Shown: positions 28,929 to 38,489, counted from the first letter of the stretch. The stretch: DNA of 64,000 nucleotides from Candidatus Omnitrophota bacterium (GCA_003140935.1 PLLJ01000039.1:76007-140006), one strand, 5' to 3'. Made by a program: numbers and translations. The notes: generated from the sequence alone by a model not told the origin.

Positions 28929-28962
28929 TCGGGGGCGGTTTCCTCTCAACGGGAACCGCCTT
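28929..28962 (+). terminator. terminator-like hairpin in the leader of 29071
   Basis: GGCGGTTTCC/GGGAACCGCC plus T5. Confidence 0.6.
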
Positions 28963-29070
28963 TTTCGTCTGCGCCGCTTTTGAAGGCGCTGAACGAATCC
29001 GCCAGAGCTTTGTGGCGGATAAGGGAACCGCCTTTTGTGTTTTTAAACCTTAAATTTAAGGAGGTGAACC

Positions 29071-30051
29071 ATGGCACATTTTTTCATGCTTCCCACGGAT
29101 GAGAACGGCGTGATCGCGGATCTGGATACCTTGAATATCGATTTGCCGATGGCATTGAAAGCTCCGTTCAATTTTTCCGAAGTATTCTTTTACTCGCACG
29201 GATGGTGGACGGACGCAACGGGAGCCATGAAGTCTTATAATAAATTCGGCATCGGGTTCGCGAAAACGATCGTCCAGGGCCTGGCGAACGCCGCCACTCT
29301 GCCTCCTCATCTTGCTGTCGGCATTCATTGGCCGTCCATGTTCAGCGAGGAGCCGTCTTCTCTGCTGAATAAAGTGGAACTGCTCAGTTATTGGACGATG
29401 GAGAAAAGAGCGGACAATGTCGGGGAAAATGCGGGCTATGCTTTCCTGAGGACCGTGCTGCAGAACAAACAGAAAAGTCTCCGGTGTATCAATTTGGTCG
29501 GGCACAGCTTCGGCTGCAAAGTGGTGCTTTCCACCCTGCAGGAGATGATTAAGGACAAACTTTCAACGAGGCTCCCGGTCAATGTCATCCTGTTACAAGC
29601 CGCCTGCGATGATGACGACCTGTCTCCGGATGATATTTACGGAAAAGTGGTCAAAGGTTTTCCCAATCTGCGGATGCTCATCACAACCTCAACGCTGGAT
29701 AAGGCGCTTGGAGAGCAGTACCCGATGGCCGGGAGGATCAACCTGTTTCACAGCGTCGACCGCAAAGCCCTGGGCGCCGTCGGGCCCATCGATAAGGTGA
29801 AAAAGCTATTTCCCAAAAAAGAAATAGGGCAAATCACAGTGGATGCCAAGTTTAACGCGAACCAGCAGGGGGTCGCGGATATTTTGAAACACAAGCTGGT
29901 GGTCGCGGACTTAAGCGCCATTCATGGATATCGTAACCGCACCAAAGGTCCGGACGGCAAACCCTTGTATGAAGCGGACCCGAATAGCGGCAGCCATTGC
30001 GATATCTATTTTGAGCAGCTGTACAGCCTTATAGCCAAATTCTTATATTGA
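29071..30051 (+). CDS. alpha/beta hydrolase
   Basis: HGW, IHWPS, GHSFG nucleophile elbow, C-terminal SHCDI. Confidence 0.75.
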   Translation: MAHFFMLPTDENGVIADLDTLNIDLPMALKAPFNFSEVFFYSHGWWTDATGAMKSYNKFGIGFAKTIVQGLANAATLPPHLAVGIHWPSMFSEEPSSLLNKVELLSYWTMEKRADNVGENAGYAFLRTVLQNKQKSLRCINLVGHSFGCKVVLSTLQEMIKDKLSTRLPVNVILLQAACDDDDLSPDDIYGKVVKGFPNLRMLITTSTLDKALGEQYPMAGRINLFHSVDRKALGAVGPIDKVKKLFPKKEIGQITVDAKFNANQQGVADILKHKLVVADLSAIHGYRNRTKGPDGKPLYEADPNSGSHCDIYFEQLYSLIAKFLY

Positions 30052-30095
30052 GAACTGGGGCCGTATAGCTTAAAAGCTATAAGGAAAAAGAGATC

Positions 30096-31016
30096 ATGAA
30101 ATATAGGAAACTTTCGGACCTGCAAAGGGACATTGAGACGCTGGAGGGGGATTGGGAGCTTTCGCCCGGGCATGAGCTGACGTATAAGGAACGCGGGCCG
30201 GAAAAAGAGGCGGGATTTACGGCCTCGCTTGTCGACTCAGAACCGGACGCGCTGGTGATCTCGGTGACGGTGCAGGAAGACGCGACGCATACCGTGACCG
30301 GGCTCGCGAAACTTTCCGGGAAATGGGAGCTCGATGAAAAGAACCGGATCACGTTTTCGCTAAAGCGGGGGCTCGGCAGGTACGACAAGCTCACTTTCCA
30401 GGGCGCCTGGGAGATCGATGAGAATTTCCGGGTGACTTACTCGCTCGAGACCCAAAGCATTCTGGAAGGGACCGGAAAAAAACGCCGGCGTGTGCAAAAA
30501 ACGACGCAGGAGCTTGTGTTCGAAGGCCGGTGGGACGTTTCGGAAAAGAACTGCCTGACGTATCAGATCGGCGTGGATTCGGAATCAACCTTCCGCTTCC
30601 GGGGTACGTTCGAGACGCAGAGCATGCTTGCCAAGGAAGGTGAGATCCGCTACCAGGTCGGTGTCGAGTTCACGACAAGCTTCGGCGAGACCCAGCGGGT
30701 GACGAAGACCATTTCCCTTTTCGGAAAATGGAAACTTTCCGATGAACTTGAACTTTCTTTCGAATTGGAATGCGCCGACGGGCGAAGGCCCGCGATCAGT
30801 ATGGGCATCGAGCTCGATCTGGAAAGGTTCCAGGAGCGCTGTCCGCTCCTTCCCGATCGAGTGGCCGTGAACCTGAAAAGCCGGGAGGGGGATCCGCTGG
30901 GTGTGGAGGTAGTCCTGACCAAGGACCTCTTTGAAGGGAACGTCCAGACCTTTGTCCGGTTCCGGGACTCCATGAAGGAGATCGCGATCGAGGCGGGGAT
31001 AAAGATACCGTGGTAA
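30096..31016 (+). CDS. beta-strand repeat hypothetical protein ending in Trp
   Basis: five GxW-x-[LIV]-x5-[LIV]-[TS]-[YF]-like repeats; no clear signal peptide. Confidence 0.75.
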   Translation: MKYRKLSDLQRDIETLEGDWELSPGHELTYKERGPEKEAGFTASLVDSEPDALVISVTVQEDATHTVTGLAKLSGKWELDEKNRITFSLKRGLGRYDKLTFQGAWEIDENFRVTYSLETQSILEGTGKKRRRVQKTTQELVFEGRWDVSEKNCLTYQIGVDSESTFRFRGTFETQSMLAKEGEIRYQVGVEFTTSFGETQRVTKTISLFGKWKLSDELELSFELECADGRRPAISMGIELDLERFQERCPLLPDRVAVNLKSREGDPLGVEVVLTKDLFEGNVQTFVRFRDSMKEIAIEAGIKIPW

Positions 31017-31119
31017 GCGTCCGGCGGAGATGAAGTGTGGCTGACTTCTCCACGAGGACGCCGTCCGGTTTACAAGTGTAGAGGGTCTGCTTTTTACAAC
31101 AAATCGAAAGGGGTGTTTT

Positions 31120-31278
31120 ATGGCAAATCAAGAAGAACCTAAACAAAAACAAAAGAAAATGGAATTTAAAATTTTTGAAAATGGAAAACAATGCCGAGAA
31201 CCAAAAGAAGAACCTAAAAATTTAATAAGGCCTTCAGAACGAGATCAAGCGAAAAAGGAAAAAAAGGAAAATGAATAA
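31120..31278 (+). CDS. small charged peptide, 52 aa
   Basis: AAGGGG RBS; ends 2 nt before the next ATG. Confidence 0.45.
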   Translation: MANQEEPKQKQKKMEFKIFENGKQCREPKEEPKNLIRPSERDQAKKEKKENE

Positions 31279-31280
31279 AG

Positions 31281-31853
31281 ATGCCTGACACCCTGAACGG
31301 ATATCTAATTTTAGTTTTTCTTATTCTGCCTGGGTTTATCGGAATAAAGACCAAGCGGTTTATAGCTGCTTCTGAATCCGCAGATGCCTCGGAATTAATT
31401 CTGTCATGCGCTTTGTTCAGCAGCTGGAATTTCTTCGTTATGCTTTGGTTAATAAATCTTATTTTAAGCGAAAAATGTAATTTCTTTTTTGGATCCTTGG
31501 GGGTAATTTTAGTAGCTCCAGTTATTCAGGGGGTTCTTCTGGGTTTTTTGGAACGTTCCGAATCCATTTACTGGATAGCAGAGAAACTTAACATTCTTTT
31601 AGACATTAAACGAAAAACGGTATGGGATAGAGCTTTCTTTGGAAATAAACGGTGGGTTCGTGTTCATATGCCGAATGATGTAATCTACGAAGGGGTCGCC
31701 GTAATGCTTTCTATGGGAAGTGATAATAAAGAACTTCTTTTAAAAAACGTTGTTGTAATTTCTCCTGAGGGAAAAAAGGTCCTAGATTTGCAAGGCGCCG
31801 AGGGCGTGTTTGTGAATGCAAACGATGTTAAGGTAATTGAAATTTATAATTAG
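31281..31853 (+). CDS. membrane protein, DUF6338-like
   Basis: LILPGFI N-terminal TM, TVWD..F, WVRVH..G; family call from memory. Confidence 0.6.
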   Translation: MPDTLNGYLILVFLILPGFIGIKTKRFIAASESADASELILSCALFSSWNFFVMLWLINLILSEKCNFFFGSLGVILVAPVIQGVLLGFLERSESIYWIAEKLNILLDIKRKTVWDRAFFGNKRWVRVHMPNDVIYEGVAVMLSMGSDNKELLLKNVVVISPEGKKVLDLQGAEGVFVNANDVKVIEIYN

Positions 31854-32028
31854 AAAAAAATGGCTGCATGGTTAGCCCCAAGAAAGAAGGCCATCCCTTC
31901 TTCGCTGTAGCAGCGAAGGACAAGCGCTTTAAAGAAGGTGAGTTGGATGTGCCAGCAATAATCGTTCCTTTAGCGCCATCCGACCAAACTCCGGAGCGAA
32001 TGGTAAGTTTTGGGCGAAAGGGGAAAAT

Positions 32029-32418
32029 ATGGATATTGAAAATATGGATATTTTTAAGGAAAAGGCATGGATCAAACTTTGGGAAGATGCCATGGCGCGG
32101 ATTGAAGCGCTGACGATCCGATTTTATGTATTAAAAAATCAGGAAGAAGTCCTGGAACAGATCGCAAAAAATACGGAACAAATGCCGGAGGCACACTTCT
32201 ATAAAAAGCAGCAAGCGATTATGAGGGTGACGCAAGAAATTACGACCGTGTGCGCCGAATTGAACGAGTCAGATAAAAAGTTTCAACTTCACGAGTGGGA
32301 AATCCAAAAAATCCGCGAAGAGATCACTCATATTGAATCTAAAATTTCTCCATTGATCCTTGAAAAAGTCAAAGAATCCTGGCTATTAACACAAACCGTA
32401 AACCGGAAGCCCTCTTAG
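32029..32418 (+). CDS. coiled-coil hypothetical protein
   Basis: AT-rich ORF with RBS. Confidence 0.55.
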   Translation: MDIENMDIFKEKAWIKLWEDAMARIEALTIRFYVLKNQEEVLEQIAKNTEQMPEAHFYKKQQAIMRVTQEITTVCAELNESDKKFQLHEWEIQKIREEITHIESKISPLILEKVKESWLLTQTVNRKPS

Positions 32419-32576
32419 GGGAGGCGTTGATTTTCATTACTGTCAGGACGTTACCCTCTCCCTCTGGACGGCGTCTGGTATACATCATGGAGAAAAAGGA
32501 AAATCGTTGGATGTTAGTGACAGTGTAAAACTTGTCTCAGCTAATGTTAACGAGACCTGCGGAAATAGGTGAAGAT

Positions 32577-32909
32577 ATGGCCAAGATATCTGATGTGACC
32601 TTTTCAGGGGAAAGCGGCCGTTACGCTTTTGAAGTTTATCCTATTAATACAGTATTCAGCGCCGATGGCGCGGTTTATGTTTTCAGTAAGCGCACAGTGG
32701 ATCCCAGCGGAAAAGGAACCCATCTATTGTTGTATTTGGGTCAAACCGATTCGCTGAAAGAGAGAATTCCCAACCACGAAAAATGGCCGTGCGTTATCCG
32801 TCATGGTACCAACTGTATTTGTATCCATCGGGATAACAGCGAAGAATCCCGTTTGGAAAAAGAAACCGATCTTCGGGCTGTTCACTCAACCCCGTGTAAT
32901 GATCAGTAA
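32577..32909 (+). CDS. small GIY-YIG-like protein
   Basis: GAVYVF...LYLGQT..L.ER...H...E pattern. Confidence 0.65.
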   Translation: MAKISDVTFSGESGRYAFEVYPINTVFSADGAVYVFSKRTVDPSGKGTHLLLYLGQTDSLKERIPNHEKWPCVIRHGTNCICIHRDNSEESRLEKETDLRAVHSTPCNDQ

Positions 32910-32942
32910 AAATGATGGGGTGTGGCGGGGCTGCTCGCTCAG

Positions 32943-33098
32943 ATGACCGTGAACCTGACGAGCAAAGAAGGCGATCCCCTGGGCGTCGAACTGGTCCTGA
33001 CCAAAGACCTTTTCGACGGGAACGCCCAGACCTTTGTCCAGTTCCGTGAATCCACGAAAGAAACCGCCGTCGAAGCGGGAATCAAGATACCGTGGTAA
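32943..33098 (+). pseudogene. orphan diverged copy of the last ~50 codons of 30096-31016
   Basis: VNLTSKEGDPLGVELVLTKDLFDGNAQTFV...EAGIKIPW*; many synonymous differences. Confidence 0.88.
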
Positions 33099-33294
33099 GT
33101 GTCTGGGTAACGTTGCTGACAAAGAAGGTCAAACGCAGTGCGTTAATAGCCGTTTACTCGAGGCAGGCCACGCCGTCAGAGTACGGAGCCGACCTTATGC
33201 TCCGACTCCGTGGTACTTGTATAAAGATACAAGTGCTATGCTGGTGAGGGAATGGAAGGGCCGTTTCTTTCAATTGAAATTACAGGAGATTATC

Positions 33295-34683
33295 ATGAGA
33301 GAAATGTTTGAATATCTTAAAGCTCGCGAGATTTTAACAAAAAAAGGCCCAAATTTTAAAAAGCTTAAAAAGCTTAACCCTGCTCAGACTCTTAACATAG
33401 TAGAAAAGTTAGTCGAACTTGGGAGGCAATCGTCTAAAATTCCAACAGCCTCACAATTTACTCACTTTGCTTCCCTCTCACTTGGCGGTGGAAAAGAGGC
33501 TTGTTTTAATCCCGCATGTAGAATAAATCGTTTGGACTCGCTGATGCGTTTTTCTTTGATGTATAGCGACCAAGTTTTTATCCCAAATTATTTTTTAGAT
33601 TATGATCGATATAAAAAAAGCGGCAAAATATCGGCCGATAGTCTTGCGACCCAGTTTATAGCAGATATTATTACTTTTGCGCATATGCTGCCGTTAGTCA
33701 CGGCTCAAAAAATATCTATTTTTACTCCTCAAACACACATATGCCCTTCTTGCCTAGCAGAAATGAATTTTGGGAAAGGGGCCTCTGGACGCATGGAACG
33801 TTTATCCGCAGAACTTAGAAAAGAATATTTGTCGAACTCGAAAGTGAATCTCGAATTTAATAACGGAGAGTATCGTTTGGGTTGCTCTGGCCCAGAGCTT
33901 TATTTTGAGCATGGCGGTGGTTCCATTGGCTTTGAAAAAATGCCATCGTTGCTTGCTAAAAACAAAAAAATCTTAGAAATAGCAAGACGCCACGGGGCAA
34001 TCTCGTTATCAAAAAAGATGGTTGAAAAAATAGGCGCGATAGATGGATTTTATGTGGGGAACATTGTGCGAAATATGTGGTATGAAATGGCCGCCACACA
34101 AGCATTACATACATCTTTTCTTACCGATCGTGATATAGACGTTCTTTTTCTGGAAAAGTTGACTAAGAAAAAAGATGTTTTGGATAACAATAAACTAGCT
34201 CTTCAGTACTTAACATCCGAGGTTCCTTTTTTGCGAGACGTCGCGCTAAAGGATTTAATTGAATTAAGAAAACATGAAGAAGATGCCTTTGTTCTTTATA
34301 GGCATGCATTGAATCGGGCTATTTCTGAATTTAAATCAGCTAAACAATCTTTAACCGCAAAAGATGCAAAAGGAATTTACTCTGATATCCTGCAGCCGAG
34401 GCTGTCTAAATTGGATCAAACTGTAAAAGCAGCTGTGCACTCTTTAAAAGTTAAGCCTCTTCGCTCCGCTCTTGCAGCCGTAGGCGTTATTTCTTTCGGA
34501 GCGTTTGCGGGCTTTCTTCCTGCCGAACTTAAACCACTCATACAAGCATTTGGTGCAACCTTGGGAGGGACTACTTTTTTAAAAGATCTTCTCGCAATGA
34601 AAGACGGCGAAGATTCTATCAAATCTGACAATTTATATTTTTTATGGCGCGTTAAAGAATTAAGTAAAAAACACAAATCATAA
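33295..34683 (+). CDS. AT-rich hypothetical protein with C-terminal hydrophobic hairpin
   Basis: AGGAG RBS; long ORF; HICPSC; EVPFL...LIELRK. Confidence 0.75.
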   Translation: MREMFEYLKAREILTKKGPNFKKLKKLNPAQTLNIVEKLVELGRQSSKIPTASQFTHFASLSLGGGKEACFNPACRINRLDSLMRFSLMYSDQVFIPNYFLDYDRYKKSGKISADSLATQFIADIITFAHMLPLVTAQKISIFTPQTHICPSCLAEMNFGKGASGRMERLSAELRKEYLSNSKVNLEFNNGEYRLGCSGPELYFEHGGGSIGFEKMPSLLAKNKKILEIARRHGAISLSKKMVEKIGAIDGFYVGNIVRNMWYEMAATQALHTSFLTDRDIDVLFLEKLTKKKDVLDNNKLALQYLTSEVPFLRDVALKDLIELRKHEEDAFVLYRHALNRAISEFKSAKQSLTAKDAKGIYSDILQPRLSKLDQTVKAAVHSLKVKPLRSALAAVGVISFGAFAGFLPAELKPLIQAFGATLGGTTFLKDLLAMKDGEDSIKSDNLYFLWRVKELSKKHKS

Positions 34684-34812
34684 AAAGCAAAAATCTTTCA
34701 AATGCCAAGTAGAACAGTACCAATCACCTCGGAGGGCACGTAAGCGAGCCAAGAGTAACCGATCCTTTGGTGCGCTGTCCCTTACACAATAAATTAAATT
34801 CTAAGGAGATGT

Positions 34813-36003
34813 ATGAGCAAACCCAATCCAGACTATCGCGAAAATCCATTACGAGCCATTTTTCTTGTTGGTGAAATAAATCAGCAACTAGTCAATAAGC
34901 TTACCCCTGAGATTCTGCGTTTGCGACACGAATCAGACAGTCCGATTACGGTTTACGTCGACAGCATTGGGGGGAGTGTTTATTCAGCTGAACTTATACG
35001 TAATTTAATAAAGGCGCAAAAGCAAAATGGAACAACCATTAGGCTTGTGACGGTAGCAACCGGAATGGCAGCCAGCGCTGCCGCCGACTTTCTCATTTTG
35101 GGTGATTATCCCATCGTATATCCTCATACTCGAATCATATATCACGGAACACGCCGTACTGCGCCAGATGAATTAACGGTAGAAACGGCGTCTTCAATCA
35201 TTCAAAACTTACGTCAAACTAATGAGAGATTTGCTGCGCGTCTAGCGCGAGTCGTATTCAAAAGGTTTGTTTCTCGAATAATTTCATTTAAAGAACAATT
35301 TCAAACCTATATAAATTCTAAAGAAAGCGGAGACATAAAATCACTAATCGATACTCTTATCAAAAATCTTTCTGAGGATGCGATTCGGTTGGTCAGAAGA
35401 GCGGGGAGCATGCAGGAAAAGATGTCCGAGCTTTCGAAGACTGTGATGCAGTCAATTAGGAAAAGGAAAAGGCCGCTAGATAACGTTCATTTTGAAATAG
35501 AGGTGCTCAAAGGAGTGCTGCATTATCAGCAAAAGGAACTCGTTAAAAAAAAGATTTTACTCAGTGATGGCGAACTGAATAACATTTCTATTATTTTTGA
35601 AGCATTAATGGATTACCACTTCGGAGGACACCGTGGTTTCATGGCGCCATGGATTCGAAGATTCGGCGCCCTATTTCTTTCAGAGGAAGAAAAACAAGTT
35701 TATGAAAAATTGCCATCCGGTCAAGTTAAAGAGAATCAAAAGTGGCTGAGGGAACATACGGCAGAAAAAATTCGACCACTTTGGTATTTTATCGTTTCAG
35801 CTTGCCGCGAGTTACAAACCGATGATTATGAATTAATGCCGGAAGATGCATTTTGGCTGGGGCTGATAGATGAGATTCTGGGCTCGGATTTGCCTTGTGA
35901 GAGGATGTTTTATGAAGAAGCCTCTGAAGAGGGCAAGGTAGCGGAACAATCAAAAGTTCTTGTTCCATCTGGACCAACTCGTAGGGATGCCAAAAAAGCG
36001 TAA
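34813..36003 (+). CDS. ClpP-like serine protease with large internal insertion
   Basis: RAIFLVGEI, VDSIGGSV, GMAASAA (Ser), IIYHG (His), PEDA..LGLIDEI. Confidence 0.8.
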   Translation: MSKPNPDYRENPLRAIFLVGEINQQLVNKLTPEILRLRHESDSPITVYVDSIGGSVYSAELIRNLIKAQKQNGTTIRLVTVATGMAASAAADFLILGDYPIVYPHTRIIYHGTRRTAPDELTVETASSIIQNLRQTNERFAARLARVVFKRFVSRIISFKEQFQTYINSKESGDIKSLIDTLIKNLSEDAIRLVRRAGSMQEKMSELSKTVMQSIRKRKRPLDNVHFEIEVLKGVLHYQQKELVKKKILLSDGELNNISIIFEALMDYHFGGHRGFMAPWIRRFGALFLSEEEKQVYEKLPSGQVKENQKWLREHTAEKIRPLWYFIVSACRELQTDDYELMPEDAFWLGLIDEILGSDLPCERMFYEEASEEGKVAEQSKVLVPSGPTRRDAKKA

Positions 36004-36046
36004 ACCGGACGCCGTCCGCATTTTAAAAACAAAGAGGTTAAGACCT

Positions 36047-36922
36047 ATGCCGACCCTAGTTTTTATAGACACTAATATCTTTCTGGATTTCTACAGGATA
36101 CCTGTTGGTTCGGTAGCAATGTCTTTTTTGGAAGACATTAATCGCAACCATGCAAAAATTATTACAAGTGATCAAGTTCATATGGAATTTAAAAAGAATC
36201 GACAAAAAATTATCTTGGATTCGCTTAAGCAATTTAAAAACACCAACGCTGCGGAGATGAAATTACCGGCCTTTTTGATGGAGTCAAAGCAAGCGCATGG
36301 TCTTGAAAAAAACAAAAGACGCATTTCGCAACACATCGCTAATCTTCAAAATCGCGTCGAACGTCTTTTGCAAAAACCAAATATTTATGATCCTGTTTAC
36401 AAGGTTCTTCACCGGCTTTTTTTAAATAATAGCGATTTGAATCTCACGAGACGAAAAAGCATACGGCATTCCATCAGGCATATGGCAAGGAAACGTTTTA
36501 TGTTGGGGTACCCACCAAGAAAAGCCGATGATTTAGCGATTGGTGATGCAATAAATTGGGAGTGGATCGTTCAATGCGCAAAAACAACCGCGCACGATGT
36601 GGTTTTGGTTACTCGTGATACGGATTATGGCATCATTCGGGATGGAAAAGGTATTTTAAATGATTGGCTTCGGTTGGAATTTAGAGAACGTGCAGGCCGT
36701 AGAAGAAAGCTGTTTTTAACCGGCAGGTTAGCGGAAGGATTTAGAACAGCCTCAATAGCGGTTCCCCGTCAGGTTGCCAAAGAAGAAGAAAATCTGGTTA
36801 AAACGATAAAGCCATTACCCGATGAAGATACCAATTATCGTTCAATAATGTTAGGCGAGTTGAAAAAATACTTAAGCCTAACTGGTGAAGGCGGAGCTTT
36901 TTCAAGTGAAACAAAAAAATAA
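36047..36922 (+). CDS. PIN domain protein (DUF4935/PIN_8-like)
   Basis: FIDTNIFLDFY, GYPP, IGDAINWEW, VTRDTDY. Confidence 0.82.
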   Translation: MPTLVFIDTNIFLDFYRIPVGSVAMSFLEDINRNHAKIITSDQVHMEFKKNRQKIILDSLKQFKNTNAAEMKLPAFLMESKQAHGLEKNKRRISQHIANLQNRVERLLQKPNIYDPVYKVLHRLFLNNSDLNLTRRKSIRHSIRHMARKRFMLGYPPRKADDLAIGDAINWEWIVQCAKTTAHDVVLVTRDTDYGIIRDGKGILNDWLRLEFRERAGRRRKLFLTGRLAEGFRTASIAVPRQVAKEEENLVKTIKPLPDEDTNYRSIMLGELKKYLSLTGEGGAFSSETKK

Positions 36923-36993
36923 AAAATCAGTGTAAAGCGTAAACCAGGCATCTATTCGAGAGAGGGTCTCCAGCCACCTTAAAGGAGGTTAAA

Positions 36994-37302
36994 ATGACTA
37001 TCCGAGGGATTTTTAAATTTTACGGAAACGAGATGGATACTGATCATATGCCAAAGAAATACCATGTTTATTTGGTCTATTCTTCTCCTCATCCATCTAT
37101 TGGTATGGATGGATATAGTATCGTTTCAATTTTGCAATCAACAATTCGTACACCTATGCCCAAAACATATGAATATGCTATTCAGAAAGAACCAGAAAAG
37201 GCGATCGAAGAAGTTTTCAGCATTATCGCTAATTTAAAAGAAAATAAGGGATTGGCCTCAATAAAGGTTTTGGAAGAAGTTAAAGACCGCGGGTCTAATT
37301 AG
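36994..37302 (+). CDS. hypothetical protein
   Basis: AAGGAGG RBS; AT-rich ORF. Confidence 0.65.
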   Translation: MTIRGIFKFYGNEMDTDHMPKKYHVYLVYSSPHPSIGMDGYSIVSILQSTIRTPMPKTYEYAIQKEPEKAIEEVFSIIANLKENKGLASIKVLEEVKDRGSN

Positions 37303-37412
37303 AAGAACGCAAATAGCTTATGCATAAGCCAGGCAGCGTTCTATTCGTGTAAATCAGACATCATACAGTTCCGCATCAATAAGGAGCCGCGAAGGAACGG
37401 GAGGTTCGTGCC

Positions 37413-38489
37413 GTGACGAACAAGTTGACGCCCAGCCGCTATAAAGAAATCCTTGCCGACGTCATCCGGCTTTTCAAGAACGTGGAGCATTCCCTGGTCA
37501 CGGCCTACTGGAAGACCGGTCAATACACCGTGGAGATCGAACAGGACGGCGAACCCCGCGCCGCCTATGGTGACGGCATCATTCACAAATTTTCCGAAGA
37601 ACTGACCGAAAACCTGGGACCGGGATTTTCCGTCACGAGTCTCCGGCGGATGCGCCAGTTTTATCTGGAAAACCGAAAACGCGCACCGGTGCGCGAATTG
37701 TCCTGGAGCCATCACGTCGTACTCATGCCGGTCACCGATGCCAAAGTACGCAAGGCCCTGGAGCAGAAAGCGGTCCGGGAAGGCCTGACCCGGGATAATC
37801 TCCGCGTTCTGGTCCGCCATGAAGCCGTGCGGGCGCAGGTCGCCGCTCAACTGAGAGCGCGGGAATCGGGACTAGGGATTCGTAAGGAGTTACTGAAAGT
37901 CCCGAAGCTGGGGCTTTTCGACACCTGCCGGATCAAGGACCCCAACGAAACCCCCTGGCCTGACAAGAACGTCCTGCTCCTGGACCACGGGTTCAAAGGC
38001 TACCGCGCCCTGATGCCCGCAGAAGCCCGCGGCCTGAAAGCCGGGGACATCGTCGCGTGGACCGGCGTGAAACTTGTGAAGAACGGCCGCACGGCCCAGG
38101 ACCTTTTCACTTACCGGGCCTATCTCGAGAGCGTGATCGACGGGGACACGCTCTGGGTCATGCTGGATACCAATATACGAGGGGCCAGCCGCCAGAAGCT
38201 GCGGCTCCGGGGGATCGATTGCCCCGAGATCAATACCGAGGAGGGAAAGAAGGCGAAACAGTTCGTGGAAAAGGTCCTGAAAGGCGTCCCGTCCCTCACC
38301 GTCCTGAGCAGCAAGAACCCCACCTTCGACCGCTACGAAGCGGATGTGTTTTTCCTTCCGGTACGAAGCCTCAAAGCTTCGACCGGAGGTACTGGAACCA
38401 AAGGGGACCAGTGTTCAAGTGACAAAGAGGGAAAAGAGGTCTACCTTAATAACCTGATCCTCGAGAACGGATATGCCGTTAAAGTATAA
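37413..38489 (+). CDS. DUF1016 N-terminal domain fused to thermonuclease (SNase) domain
   Basis: YWKTG..I, GPGFS..SLRRMRQFY, LSWSHH; VIDGDTL, LRLRGIDCPE, DRY, LNN..LENGYA. Confidence 0.85.
   Translation: MTNKLTPSRYKEILADVIRLFKNVEHSLVTAYWKTGQYTVEIEQDGEPRAAYGDGIIHKFSEELTENLGPGFSVTSLRRMRQFYLENRKRAPVRELSWSHHVVLMPVTDAKVRKALEQKAVREGLTRDNLRVLVRHEAVRAQVAAQLRARESGLGIRKELLKVPKLGLFDTCRIKDPNETPWPDKNVLLLDHGFKGYRALMPAEARGLKAGDIVAWTGVKLVKNGRTAQDLFTYRAYLESVIDGDTLWVMLDTNIRGASRQKLRLRGIDCPEINTEEGKKAKQFVEKVLKGVPSLTVLSSKNPTFDRYEADVFFLPVRSLKASTGGTGTKGDQCSSDKEGKEVYLNNLILENGYAVKV

Noticed and set aside
30863-33098. DGR template/variable repeat pair, given an Avd-like gene at 4631
   Set aside because: Differences are spread over all bases and are largely synonymous rather than adenine-specific; no reverse transcriptase in the window.
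33034-33294. Upstream extension of the 549-aa ORF (similarly 24427, 39106, 45294)
   Set aside because: Extensions run through repeats or pseudogene sequence; RBS-supported starts lie downstream.
27035-38489. Canonical integron
   Set aside because: No intI, and the junction motifs do not fit the RYYYAAC/GTTRRRY consensus well; reported only as attC-reminiscent.
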